DNA from: an uncultured virus (IMG/VR IMGVR_UViG_3300025316_000017)
Lineage: Duplodnaviria; Heunggongvirae; Uroviricota; Caudoviricetes
Virus record (IMG/VR): IMGVR_UViG_3300025316_000017
Length of the DNA: 64,000 nt
Reading direction: 5' to 3' (one strand)
This document shows, piece by piece, positions 44,763 to 54,129 of this stretch. Each line of letters begins with the position of its first letter. The stretch's first letter is position 1. A program made the translations under genes and the position numbers. The notes under the pieces were generated by a model. The model did not search any database, was not told the DNA's origin, and was given only the letters and a program-made list of their open reading frames with translations.

Positions 44763-46363
44763 TCAATTAAGTCCTTTTTAATGTTTTGAACTACAGATTC
44801 CCAGTCGCCTAATTTTGGCTGTCGGTAAAGTTTAATTGTTGGATACCAAGGGCTATCGGTTCTATTCATAAACCAGCGCCAGCAGGTATCAAATCGGTTC
44901 ATCATCCACACTTCCTTGCCCATAGCCGCCGCTAAGTGAGCCGTAGACGTGTCAACGGCAATTACTAGGTCTAGGCTCCAGATATAAGCTGCGGTGTCTG
45001 CAAAGTCCTTAAAATGGGCTGTATGGTTGATCATATCTTTCCACCCCAAACAATTGTCAAGTTCTTGCTCTGGTTCTTTGCCTTTTTGTAAAGAATAGAA
45101 GTTAACATTGTCAAGTTTTAGCGGAAGTAAACGTTCTAAAGATATATTTCTGCGTTCATTAACAGCCCAAACCTCAGGCTGATCAGGTCTAAAACCACCA
45201 GACCATACCAATCCAACATTCTTTTTACCATTTTTCAAGATTTTTCTTGAAAATTCTTGAACCAATTCAGGATCAGGTTTTAAATAAATGCCATACGGAA
45301 TGTTATCCATACGAGTTTTAAACGCATAAGGAAGGCTCATAAGGGGAATATGGAGATCAAAAGGCGGAATAGCTTCGCCAGTAGTTACAATTTGATCTAT
45401 TCCGTCAAGCGTAGTTAGCAGTTTAACCAAAGGTTTTTCTGTGCCAAGAATCACTTTAGCTCCATTTTCTTTAGCTAATTTGGCATAGCGACAAAATTGA
45501 ATCATATCCCCAAGACCCTGTTCACCATGAATAAACAGAGTCTTTCCATTTAAATCTTGGGAACCATCGTAGCAAATACCGGGTAAATCACGCCTTGGAT
45601 AGGTTTTTCTATTCCAACGCCATTCATGTTCATCCCACGCAGTGTCATATTCGCCACGCAAAAGTAAGCATAAAGACCGATTAAAACGAGCATCAGCAAG
45701 TTTTGGATCAATTTCTACCGCTCGGTTATAGTCTTCCAAAGCTTCGTCTGGTCTTCCTAAGTTTTGATAAACCAAACCACGATTATTGTAAAAAGCCTCC
45801 ACTCCTTTGGGTTTTAACTTGATTCCAGCTTCATAATTTGCTAAAGTTTCTTCCATGCGATGCAATTTTTGCAGGGCTATCCCTTTGTTGTTATAAGCCT
45901 CTGGGAAGTTTGGTTTGTATTTAAGGGCTAAATCATAAAGCGCAATTTCTTCTTCAGTTCTATGAAGACTACCGACTACAATCCCTTTGTTGTAATAGGC
46001 TTCAGCATAATTTGGCATTAATTTTATGGCACTGTCAAAGTCCATAATAGCCAATTCTGGCTGTTTTAAAGCTTGAAATACATTAGCTCGGTTATTTAAA
46101 GCTATGGGATTATGCGGGTGTCTTTCTATGGAAAGATTAAAGAAATTTAATGCCGCCAAATAATTCTGAACACTACCTAAAATGCACCCAATTAAATGAT
46201 AAGCATCAGGATGATCTGGGTTTTGAGCAATAATTTGATCACATAATATGATTGCTTTTTGATTGTCTCCGTTGGCATGGCTTTGTTGAGCTTGAACAAG
46301 TCTAGCCACATTTTGGTCGGATAATGGTTTTAATTTTATCTTGGGAACGTTCTTCTTTTTCAT
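44750..46363 (-). CDS. TPR-repeat protein with C-terminal GT9-like glycosyltransferase domain
   Basis: About six TPRs; EQGLGDMIQF.RY; DLVIAVDTSTAHLAAAMGK; SPWYP. Confidence 0.85.
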   Translation of the reverse strand: MKKKNVPKIKLKPLSDQNVARLVQAQQSHANGDNQKAIILCDQIIAQNPDHPDAYHLIGCILGSVQNYLAALNFFNLSIERHPHNPIALNNRANVFQALKQPELAIMDFDSAIKLMPNYAEAYYNKGIVVGSLHRTEEEIALYDLALKYKPNFPEAYNNKGIALQKLHRMEETLANYEAGIKLKPKGVEAFYNNRGLVYQNLGRPDEALEDYNRAVEIDPKLADARFNRSLCLLLRGEYDTAWDEHEWRWNRKTYPRRDLPGICYDGSQDLNGKTLFIHGEQGLGDMIQFCRYAKLAKENGAKVILGTEKPLVKLLTTLDGIDQIVTTGEAIPPFDLHIPLMSLPYAFKTRMDNIPYGIYLKPDPELVQEFSRKILKNGKKNVGLVWSGGFRPDQPEVWAVNERRNISLERLLPLKLDNVNFYSLQKGKEPEQELDNCLGWKDMINHTAHFKDFADTAAYIWSLDLVIAVDTSTAHLAAAMGKEVWMMNRFDTCWRWFMNRTDSPWYPTIKLYRQPKLGDWESVVQNIKKDLIEWSK

Positions 46364-46408
46364 GAAAGAATTCTAACACTAAAAAATAAAAAATAACCAA
46401 GTTTAAAC

Positions 46409-46437
46409 TTGCAAGATGTTTAAACTTAGTGTATAAA
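46409..46437 (+). promoter_or_regulatory. Sigma70-like promoter
   Basis: TTGCAA-17bp-TATAAA with TG before -10. Confidence 0.55.
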
Positions 46438-46444
46438 TACAACT

Positions 46445-46519
46445 ATCTGGGAGATTGCTTAAACCACCACTGCCCCAGCAGACGATGCAACGATCGGTTT
46501 AAGCCTTTTGCATAAGGAG
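46445..46519 (+). ncRNA. Structured leader RNA with kissing loops, probably Mu-gpT-DE motif
   Basis: CTGGG/CCCAG and ATGCAA/TTGCAT stems; loops GCTTAAACC and GGTTTAAGC are complementary; downstream of a gpT-like capsid gene. Confidence 0.55.
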
Positions 46520-46525
46520 TCCATT

Positions 46526-47239
46526 ATGGGACGTAGTACATTTGAAGGTCCGATTCTGTCGGGTGATAATCGTTTTGGTCAACAACGTGACGTTGGTCCA
46601 GTTCTTTTAACTCAATACGCATTTTTAGATTTTTCTAAAACCACTCCCGGCACCGCTGGTTATGCTGGTTCTTCAGGCGTGTTTGTTTCTCCAAATAACA
46701 TTCCTAACAATACAGGTACTATTTGGACACCACAAGCTGGCTCATATAGCGCAAATGGTCCTACTGTAGCAACTGCCCCTACCGCTGATGCCGCTGGTAC
46801 TATTTACCGTGGTGTTGTAATGTTATTGCCACAGGCTTCTTATTTAAAATCTGTAGAACTTGACTATATTGTTCAACCAACTGACGGTACAAATGCCGCT
46901 ACAGTAACTTCTGTATTTATTTCTAATCAATTTGTAACTTCTTCTACTGGCGCTGTATATGGTAGCCTTGCCGCTAACACAACTACAGCAGTTGGTCGTA
47001 CCTCTGCTACTTTTACAGCAACTCAATACGCAAACTGCCAATCTACTTTGCAAGATGTTCAAAACATCCAACCGGGTCAACAGCCAACTTGGTTTAGCCA
47101 AGTAGTATTTACCATTCAAATGCTTGGTTCAACTATGAATGCCCCTACGTCTGGCAAACTTGGAATTACTTTAAGTTATGTTCAATCAGATCCTAATATT
47201 GGTAATAGTTCAACATATCCATACGGTAACTTTGACTAA
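46526..47239 (+). CDS. Virion structural protein (MxxxTFxGP N-terminus)
   Basis: MGRSTFEGPILSG; AAGGAG SD. Confidence 0.65.
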   Translation: MGRSTFEGPILSGDNRFGQQRDVGPVLLTQYAFLDFSKTTPGTAGYAGSSGVFVSPNNIPNNTGTIWTPQAGSYSANGPTVATAPTADAAGTIYRGVVMLLPQASYLKSVELDYIVQPTDGTNAATVTSVFISNQFVTSSTGAVYGSLAANTTTAVGRTSATFTATQYANCQSTLQDVQNIQPGQQPTWFSQVVFTIQMLGSTMNAPTSGKLGITLSYVQSDPNIGNSSTYPYGNFD

Positions 47240-47248
47240 TAATCCGAT

Positions 47249-47271
47249 GGGGAACTTCGGTTCCCCTATTT
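47249..47271 (+). terminator. UUCG-capped hairpin (weak terminator or stabiliser)
   Basis: GGGGAAC-TTCG-GTTCCCC then TATTT. Confidence 0.55.
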
Positions 47272-47289
47272 AAAATTTAAGGAGATATT

Positions 47290-49818
47290 ATGTCAGGTGC
47301 ATGGTCGTTATTGAATTTCTTTTCACCCAACACTCAAACGGGTGCTATGGGTGTGCAAACCGCTTCTACCCCTTTAACAGGTATTGATGGCGCAGCGCAA
47401 TTTATTGCTCCTCAGCGTTTACGTGATGTTGTAGGTAAATTGAAAGTTTCACAATCGCAAAATATTTATGATGCCGACTTTGAGTATGGTGTTCAACCAT
47501 TGCGCTGGGAACAATTTATTCAAAATACATCGGGTCAAGCTTACATTGTTCAAAACCCCGGTTTAGGTGGTGTATCAATGAACATTGGTGGTGGCAACAC
47601 TCCCGGTGACATTACTATTCGCCAGTCACGTCCTTATCATCGTTATCAGCCCGGCAAAACAATGTATATGGCTTCTAACGTGAATTTTGGTGCATCTGTT
47701 AGCGGTCAAACGCAACGTGTTGGTATTTTTGATGATTCTAACGGTATTTTCTTTTTGCAAAATGGTGCTGGATATGCACAAAACCCATACTCAATGTATG
47801 TGGTAATTCGTTCTGATTCTGGTGGTTTGCCAACAGATCAAGTATTCCCAATGGAATCTTGGAACGGCAACAAAAATATTATCAATTCAATTGATTGGAC
47901 TAAGGTTCAAATGATTTGGATGGAGTATGCTTGGTACGGAGCTGGCGCATTGCGTTGGGGTGTAGTTATCAATGGCGAACCTTGGGTTATTCATCAAGTT
48001 GGTACAGGTAATGGAACAGTTTTAGGTACTGCACAAGTTAAACCTTGGAGCCGTACAGGTAACCTTCCTGTTCGCTATGAACAACGTGATAATGGAAGTT
48101 CTGCACAGTCTTTGATGACTCACTATGGTGTATCAGTATTGATTGAGGGCGGAATAGATAAACAGCGTGGTTTTACTTATTCATATGGTAATTACGCAGC
48201 TTCTCAACAACGTAGTTTAACTGGTGCAGTAACCCGTTATCCAGCTATGTCATTTCGTATGAGAGCAGTTGGTTCTGATATTTTTGATAACACTAATGCC
48301 GCAGCAACAGGTGGGTCGCCACAAACTTTAACTATTAGTGCAGCTACTCCAGCAATTAACTCAGTTGTTGGTCAAGCTAATGGTGGTCAAGCTTTATTTA
48401 CTTTTAACTCTGCTCATGGTTATGCGGTCACCAACCCAGCCAATGCTAATAACCCCGCACAATATGTTACTTTAAGTTCATTTACGCAAACAGCATCTAT
48501 TACTGGATATACAATTGCTTCTGCAACATTGACAGTTACCACTATTACTGCTGGTGCAATTCAATCTGGCATGACATTGACTGGTACTGGAATTTCTTCT
48601 GGCACATCAATTACCGCACAATTAACTTCAACAGGATCTGCCGTAGGATCACAAGCTTTTGCAAGTGGTGGTGCAATTGGTTCAAGTATTGTTGTTTTAG
48701 CGGCTGGTACAAGTTTTGCAGTAGGTCAATTGTTTGCTGGAACAGGCGTACCTACAAACACATTTATCACTGCGGTTAACGGTGCAACTATTACCCTTAA
48801 CAAAGCGTTTACGGCTCAAGCTGCTGGTACATATACATCTTATGCTGTAGGTGGTGTTGGTACTTATCAATTAAGTTCTGCGCAAACAGGTGTATCAGGC
48901 ACTATTACTGCTACAACTACTTATGCTGCTCAAACTTGGTTGATCCAATCTGTTCCAAGCACAACAACTATGGTTTTACCAATTTTATTGGTAAACGGTG
49001 CAACATTGACCTCTACCCCAACAGCAACATATTGGGGTACAAACCAATGGGTTGGTAAATCTGTTTACTATCAAGCGGCACTTCCAAGCCTTACAGGTGC
49101 AGCAATTGGTGCAGCAACGGTTATTGGTGGTGTGACTCAATTCCCCGTAACCTTAACTTTTGCAGCAATTACTAGCTTGGCAACAGGTAACGTCATCACT
49201 ATTTCTGGCGCTACTCCAACTCAATATAATGGTATTTTTAATACCACCGTATTGACTGCAAGCCAAGCATTAATTTATATGCCATCTAGCCCCGGTGCAA
49301 TTACATTAGCGGCACAAGTCATTACATCGCCATATACAGGTCGTATTACAAGTAATACAACTTCAACTATTACATTTGGCGATATAGTCACTGGAGGAGC
49401 TTTAGCTAACGCTCCAACTTCTGGATGCACATATCAAATTGGTTTGATTGACCGTGGACAATTATTGCCACAAACATTGTTGACCAATACTAGCCAAACA
49501 GCTTTGATTGAATTGATTGCTAGTACACCAACTAACCAATTGTCGTTGCAAAACGCATCGTTTAAACCTTTAAATACGCTTGGTTCATTTAACTCATTTG
49601 CGGAAGTAGATTTATCTGCTACCGGATTGAGCGGCGGTGAAGTAGTTTATGCATTCTCAACTCCAAATAATGCACTACAACAATTGGATTTGACAAACTT
49701 CTTCCCAGTGTTGACCAACATTAAGGGTAACGTAGCCGATATCTTGACGGTAGCAATTACCACTACAACTGGTACAGTAGTTCAGGTTAACGTAGTTTGT
49801 CAGGAGGCAATGGCTTAA
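47290..49818 (+). CDS. Large Thr/Ser/Gly-rich virion structural protein
   Basis: RQSRPYHRYQPGK...RVGIFDDSNGIFF...WYGAG.LRWG; beta-rich inserts. Confidence 0.6.
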   Translation: MSGAWSLLNFFSPNTQTGAMGVQTASTPLTGIDGAAQFIAPQRLRDVVGKLKVSQSQNIYDADFEYGVQPLRWEQFIQNTSGQAYIVQNPGLGGVSMNIGGGNTPGDITIRQSRPYHRYQPGKTMYMASNVNFGASVSGQTQRVGIFDDSNGIFFLQNGAGYAQNPYSMYVVIRSDSGGLPTDQVFPMESWNGNKNIINSIDWTKVQMIWMEYAWYGAGALRWGVVINGEPWVIHQVGTGNGTVLGTAQVKPWSRTGNLPVRYEQRDNGSSAQSLMTHYGVSVLIEGGIDKQRGFTYSYGNYAASQQRSLTGAVTRYPAMSFRMRAVGSDIFDNTNAAATGGSPQTLTISAATPAINSVVGQANGGQALFTFNSAHGYAVTNPANANNPAQYVTLSSFTQTASITGYTIASATLTVTTITAGAIQSGMTLTGTGISSGTSITAQLTSTGSAVGSQAFASGGAIGSSIVVLAAGTSFAVGQLFAGTGVPTNTFITAVNGATITLNKAFTAQAAGTYTSYAVGGVGTYQLSSAQTGVSGTITATTTYAAQTWLIQSVPSTTTMVLPILLVNGATLTSTPTATYWGTNQWVGKSVYYQAALPSLTGAAIGAATVIGGVTQFPVTLTFAAITSLATGNVITISGATPTQYNGIFNTTVLTASQALIYMPSSPGAITLAAQVITSPYTGRITSNTTSTITFGDIVTGGALANAPTSGCTYQIGLIDRGQLLPQTLLTNTSQTALIELIASTPTNQLSLQNASFKPLNTLGSFNSFAEVDLSATGLSGGEVVYAFSTPNNALQQLDLTNFFPVLTNIKGNVADILTVAITTTTGTVVQVNVVCQEAMA

Positions 49819-49819
49819 T

Positions 49820-50065
49820 ATGGCTAAGACTCCAGCTTGGCAACGCAAGGAGGGGAAGTCTCCCTCCGGCGGTTTAAACGCCAAAGGTAGAGCGTCTGCA
49901 AAAAAAGAAGGCATGAATCTAAAAGCACCCCAACCAGAAGGCGGATCACGCAAAAAGTCGTTCTGCGCCCGCATGGAAGGGATGAAAAAGAAACTAACTT
50001 CTTCTAAAACAGCCAGCGATCCTGATAGCAGAATTAATAAATCTTTAAAGAAGTGGAAATGCTGA
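49820..50065 (+). CDS. Small basic protein (DUF6321-like)
   Basis: GGLNAKGRAS...RKKSFCARM...SLKKWKC. Confidence 0.7.
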   Translation: MAKTPAWQRKEGKSPSGGLNAKGRASAKKEGMNLKAPQPEGGSRKKSFCARMEGMKKKLTSSKTASDPDSRINKSLKKWKC

Positions 50066-50307
50066 TGGATGGATTAATGCAATTTTGGAACGCTGCTTTA
50101 ACGCTATTTGTTGCGGCTATTGGATACTTTGTTAAAGAAAAGTTTAATGACTTGGATCGTACTAAAGTTCTTTTAAATAAAACACGTGAAGAAATGGCTC
50201 GTGATTATATTACTAAGACGGAAGTACGTAGCGACATGGAACAAATTATTTCAAGATTTGATAAGCTAGAAGCTAAACTGGATCGTTTTATTGAAGGACA
50301 TAAATAA
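50053..50307 (+). CDS. Small TM/coiled-coil protein
   Basis: N-terminal TM; LLNKTREE...KLEAKLD. Confidence 0.55.
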   Translation: MEMLMDGLMQFWNAALTLFVAAIGYFVKEKFNDLDRTKVLLNKTREEMARDYITKTEVRSDMEQIISRFDKLEAKLDRFIEGHK

Positions 50308-50762
50308 TGCCAAGCACTAGCAAAAAACAACATAATTTAATGGAAGCGGTTGCTCATAATCCGAGCTTCGCTAAAAAAGTAGGTATCCCTCGCTCTGTTG
50401 GCGAGGATTTTAGTAAAGCCGACAAGGGCAAAACTTTTAAAAAGGGTGGAGAAATGAAAAAGAAAATGGCAAGCGGTGGCGAGACTATGGGTCCTCGTTC
50501 CATGAAGGAAGACGTAGAAGCTGGTTCTAACAAACATGGCAAATTTGGCGAAAGCAAGCTTCAGAAAAAAGGTCACACCAAAGGTAAAAATTTAGGTGAT
50601 ACTGGTAAAAAAGAGCCAATTGAATCTGAAAAAAATATGCCTTCATTTATGAAAGAAATGAAAAAAGGCGGCAAAGTTAAGAAGATGGCTGCTGGCGGCA
50701 CTGCTTCTAGCCGTGCTGATGGTATTGCACAACGTGGTAAAACAGTTGGTAAATATTGCTAA
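50307..50762 (+). CDS. Basic low-complexity virion-associated protein
   Basis: MPSTSKKQHNLM.AVAHNP; repeated xxxGG motifs; RADGIAQRGKT. Confidence 0.65.
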   Translation: MPSTSKKQHNLMEAVAHNPSFAKKVGIPRSVGEDFSKADKGKTFKKGGEMKKKMASGGETMGPRSMKEDVEAGSNKHGKFGESKLQKKGHTKGKNLGDTGKKEPIESEKNMPSFMKEMKKGGKVKKMAAGGTASSRADGIAQRGKTVGKYC

Positions 50763-50771
50763 GGATAAATT

Positions 50772-50975
50772 ATGAAAAATGATCACCCACCAATCTCTAT
50801 GGATATGGCTGCTGAAGAGCATATGATCCACCCAGAGCATATTGAAAAGCATCATGGCGGAGACGGACACGTACAACACCACGAGCATTTTAAGAAACAC
50901 GCCGCTGGTCACAAACTGCACCATGAACACGTTAAAGCAATGTGTGGTGGCGGTTATGCTAAGGGCAAAAAGTAA
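50772..50975 (+). CDS. His-rich small protein
   Basis: 15 His in 67 aa. Confidence 0.6.
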   Translation: MKNDHPPISMDMAAEEHMIHPEHIEKHHGGDGHVQHHEHFKKHAAGHKLHHEHVKAMCGGGYAKGKK

Positions 50976-51235
50976 TGATGGCAAGTCGTGGAATGGGTGA
51001 TATTAACCCTTCCAAAATGCCTAGCAAAAAGGTCATTCAACGAAAGGATGATCCAAATGCTGTTGATATGTATGCAAAAGGTGGTGAAGTTTGGGATAAA
51101 CCACGTCCAAAAAAATTAGGTAAACCCAAAAAAATGTCCGCAAGTAAAAAAGCTAGCGCTAAAGCAATGGCTAAAGCGGCGGGTAGACCATATCCTAATT
51201 TGGTTGACAATATGAGAGCCGCAAAAGGCAAATAA
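50975..51235 (+). CDS. Small basic protein
   Basis: ASRGMGDINPSK; GRPYPNLVDNM. Confidence 0.6.
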   Translation: MMASRGMGDINPSKMPSKKVIQRKDDPNAVDMYAKGGEVWDKPRPKKLGKPKKMSASKKASAKAMAKAAGRPYPNLVDNMRAAKGK

Positions 51236-52167
51236 TGGCGTATACCAGTGGCAGTTCTACTTTTAACCTTGACCTCACTGAGCTTGTAGAAGAAGCCTTT
51301 GAGCGTTGTGGCTCGCAGTTACGTACTGGATATGACCTTAGGACTGCCAAGCGGTCAATAAACCTATTGACCATTGAATGGGCTAATAGGGGCATTAACC
51401 TTTGGACGGTGGAAGAGGTATCCGTTCCGTTGGTATATGGTCAAGCTATATACCCAGTAGATGCTAATACAATTGATATTTTAGATTTGGTCACACGCAC
51501 CAATAATGCTAGTTCTAGCAACCAACAAGATATTAATTTAAACCGTATTTCAGAATCTACGTATTCGACTATTCCGAATAAATTGACCTATGGTCGCCCA
51601 ATTCAGACTTATTACAGCCGTGAAACAGGCAATTCAAACGTTTATTCTGGAGTTACTTTAGCCGCCACTCTTACAGCTTCTGCTACAGCTATTACCCTCA
51701 GCTCTACAGCCAATATGCGATCTACTGGATTTATCCAAATAGATAACGAAATCATTGGTTACGTCAATATATCTGGTAATCAGCTTTTAAATTGCTACCG
51801 TGGGCAATACAATACTACTGCTGCGGCTCATAGCATTGGAGCGCAAATTTATAACCAACAACTACCGTTTTTGGCTGTTTGGCCCACACCAGACAATTCA
51901 ACCCCATATACGATGGTTTATTGGCGTATGAGACGTATTCAAGATTCTGGAACAGGTGTATTTATTCAAGATATTCCATTCCGTTGGATTACTTGTATGG
52001 TAGCTGGATTAGCTTATTATTTGTCCATGAAATTACCAAACATGGATATTCAACGTGCTGCTGGTCTTAAAGCGGAGTACATGGAACAGCTTGAACAGGC
52101 TTGTGAAGAAGATCGGGAAATGGTATCAATTCGTTTTGTTCCTCGTAATATGTTTTATTCGAGGTAA
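51235..52167 (+). CDS. Head-tail adaptor / tail tubular-type protein
   Basis: EEAFERCG...WANRGINLW...GRP...WPTPD...GLAYYL. Confidence 0.65.
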   Translation: MAYTSGSSTFNLDLTELVEEAFERCGSQLRTGYDLRTAKRSINLLTIEWANRGINLWTVEEVSVPLVYGQAIYPVDANTIDILDLVTRTNNASSSNQQDINLNRISESTYSTIPNKLTYGRPIQTYYSRETGNSNVYSGVTLAATLTASATAITLSSTANMRSTGFIQIDNEIIGYVNISGNQLLNCYRGQYNTTAAAHSIGAQIYNQQLPFLAVWPTPDNSTPYTMVYWRMRRIQDSGTGVFIQDIPFRWITCMVAGLAYYLSMKLPNMDIQRAAGLKAEYMEQLEQACEEDREMVSIRFVPRNMFYSR

Positions 52168-52169
52168 AA

Positions 52170-52598
52170 ATGCCAACTAAGTATGCAAGTGGCAAACACA
52201 GTATTGCGGAATGTGATAGATGTGGTCAAAGATATAAGCTGCATGAATTAAAAAAGCTAACCATCAAGACCAAGTTGGTAAGTATTAAGGTTTGCCCTGA
52301 GTGTTGGGATCCAGATCATCCCCAGTTAAGACTGGGTATGTATCCAGTGAATGATCCACAGGCTGTTATTGAACCAAGACCAGATATTAGTTACTATGCT
52401 TCTGGTCCAAGTGGTTTGCAGATTAATCAGGGAGGCGGTACTTCCCAAAGCCAAGCTGGTTTTCCAGAGGGCGGTAGTAGGGTAATTCAGTGGGGATGGT
52501 ATCCAGTGGGTGGATCTAGCGGTACGGATAGAGGTTTAACACCAAACTATCTAGTAGGAAATGGCAATATTAATTCAGTAACAATTACGACAACGTAG
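52170..52598 (+). CDS. Conserved Zn-finger virion-module protein
   Basis: CDRCG...CPECWDPDHPQL...DPQAV..PRPD. Confidence 0.65.
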   Translation: MPTKYASGKHSIAECDRCGQRYKLHELKKLTIKTKLVSIKVCPECWDPDHPQLRLGMYPVNDPQAVIEPRPDISYYASGPSGLQINQGGGTSQSQAGFPEGGSRVIQWGWYPVGGSSGTDRGLTPNYLVGNGNINSVTITTT

Positions 52599-52607
52599 GA
52601 GTAAAAA

Positions 52608-52880
52608 ATGGCAAAGATGGAAAAAGAATCAAAAGCAGAAATGCGCAAAGAAGAAAAAGCTGACAAAAAGCAAGATGTAGCTATGATCAAAAAAGCTTTT
52701 AAAGAACACGATGCCCAAGAACACAAAGGTGGCAAAGGCACAAAAATTGTTCTTAAAAAAGGCGGAATGGACAATGTTAAAAAAATGGCTAAGGGTGGTG
52801 TAACCCAGTCTAACCTACGCAGCATGGGTCGTAATATGGCTCGTGTAGCTAATCAGAAGTCTTCTTCAAGAGGTCGTTAA
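52608..52880 (+). CDS. Small basic protein
   Basis: LKKGG, MAKGG, MGRNMAR. Confidence 0.6.
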   Translation: MAKMEKESKAEMRKEEKADKKQDVAMIKKAFKEHDAQEHKGGKGTKIVLKKGGMDNVKKMAKGGVTQSNLRSMGRNMARVANQKSSSRGR

Positions 52881-52881
52881 T

Positions 52882-53196
52882 ATGGCAATCGCAAAGAATG
52901 TAAAACCAACCAAGAAAAATAGCCCCGCTATTAAGACTGGTAAGGCTCCTTATGACAAACCTGCAAGTGATTATGCTCGTCCACATACTATGGATGGCAA
53001 AATAATTAATGGCAATGAAGTTATGGAAATGGGCGATTTTGCAACTGAAAAGTCTGCCAAAGAAGCTAACATTAAAGATCCATTGCCAGCAAGCGCTGTA
53101 GGATGGGGTAAAGGCACAACGAAGGAAGATGGTCAAGAAACTCGTGGAAATGGCGCTGCTACTAAGGGTCGTATTGCTCGTGGACCAATGGCGTAA
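52882..53196 (+). CDS. Small virion-module protein
   Basis: C-terminal RGNGAATKG...GPMA. Confidence 0.6.
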   Translation: MAIAKNVKPTKKNSPAIKTGKAPYDKPASDYARPHTMDGKIINGNEVMEMGDFATEKSAKEANIKDPLPASAVGWGKGTTKEDGQETRGNGAATKGRIARGPMA

Positions 53197-53199
53197 TAA

Positions 53200-54129
53200 A
53201 TGAACTACGAAACGTTATATAACAATATTCAGACTTACGCTCAAACGACTGAAACAGCGTTTGTAGCTAATATCCCGTTCTTTGTAGAACAGGCTGAAAC
53301 ACGTATATATAACGCAGTTCAAATACCATCATTGCGCAAAAACGTAACAGGTAATTTTACGGCTGGAAACCAGTATTTAACTTTGCCGTTTGACTGGTTG
53401 GCAACCTATTCAATTGCTGTTATTGATAGCAGCGGTAACTACACCTATTTACTTAACAAAGATGTTAACTTTATTCGTGAAGCATACCCCAACAATGGTT
53501 CAACATATTGGACTATGCCTAAGTATTACGGTATTTTTGGCAGCTCTACCAATAATGTTAATGAATTAACTGTAATTGTTGGACCAACTCCAGATTCATC
53601 GTATAGCACCGAGTTACATTATTTTTACTATCCAGTATCTATTGTTCAAGGCGTAGTAGCTACTTTAAATGCTACTTTTGCAGCTGGCACTTTATATAGC
53701 GCAAGTTTATATCAAAATATTCCTATGACTGGCGGCTCTGGTTCGGGCGCTACTTGCGATATAGTAGTTAATAGCTCAGGCAATGTGTCATCCGTGACAT
53801 TACAAAATGGCGGCAGCTTCTATCAAGTCGGTGATGTTTTAAGCGTTGCTTCATCTTCTATTGGCGGTACAGGCTCAGGGTTTACCATTAGTATAGCTAC
53901 TGTAAACAACGCACAAGGTCAAAGCTGGCTTGGCGATAACTATGATCCAGTACTATTTTATGGTGCTATGCGTGAAGCTATGCTATTCCAAAAACAGGAA
54001 CAGGACATTATTAAATATTACGAAGATAAGTTCCAAGAAGCGCTTGGTGAAATGAAACGTCTTGGTGATGGTCTGGAGCGTGGTGATGCATATCGTGATG
54101 GTCAAACCAAGCTAAAGGTTAATACATAA
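53200..54129 (+). CDS. Tail tubular/adaptor protein
   Basis: FVEQAETRIYN...PKYY...GPTPD...ELHYFYYP. Confidence 0.65.
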   Translation: MNYETLYNNIQTYAQTTETAFVANIPFFVEQAETRIYNAVQIPSLRKNVTGNFTAGNQYLTLPFDWLATYSIAVIDSSGNYTYLLNKDVNFIREAYPNNGSTYWTMPKYYGIFGSSTNNVNELTVIVGPTPDSSYSTELHYFYYPVSIVQGVVATLNATFAAGTLYSASLYQNIPMTGGSGSGATCDIVVNSSGNVSSVTLQNGGSFYQVGDVLSVASSSIGGTGSGFTISIATVNNAQGQSWLGDNYDPVLFYGAMREAMLFQKQEQDIIKYYEDKFQEALGEMKRLGDGLERGDAYRDGQTKLKVNT

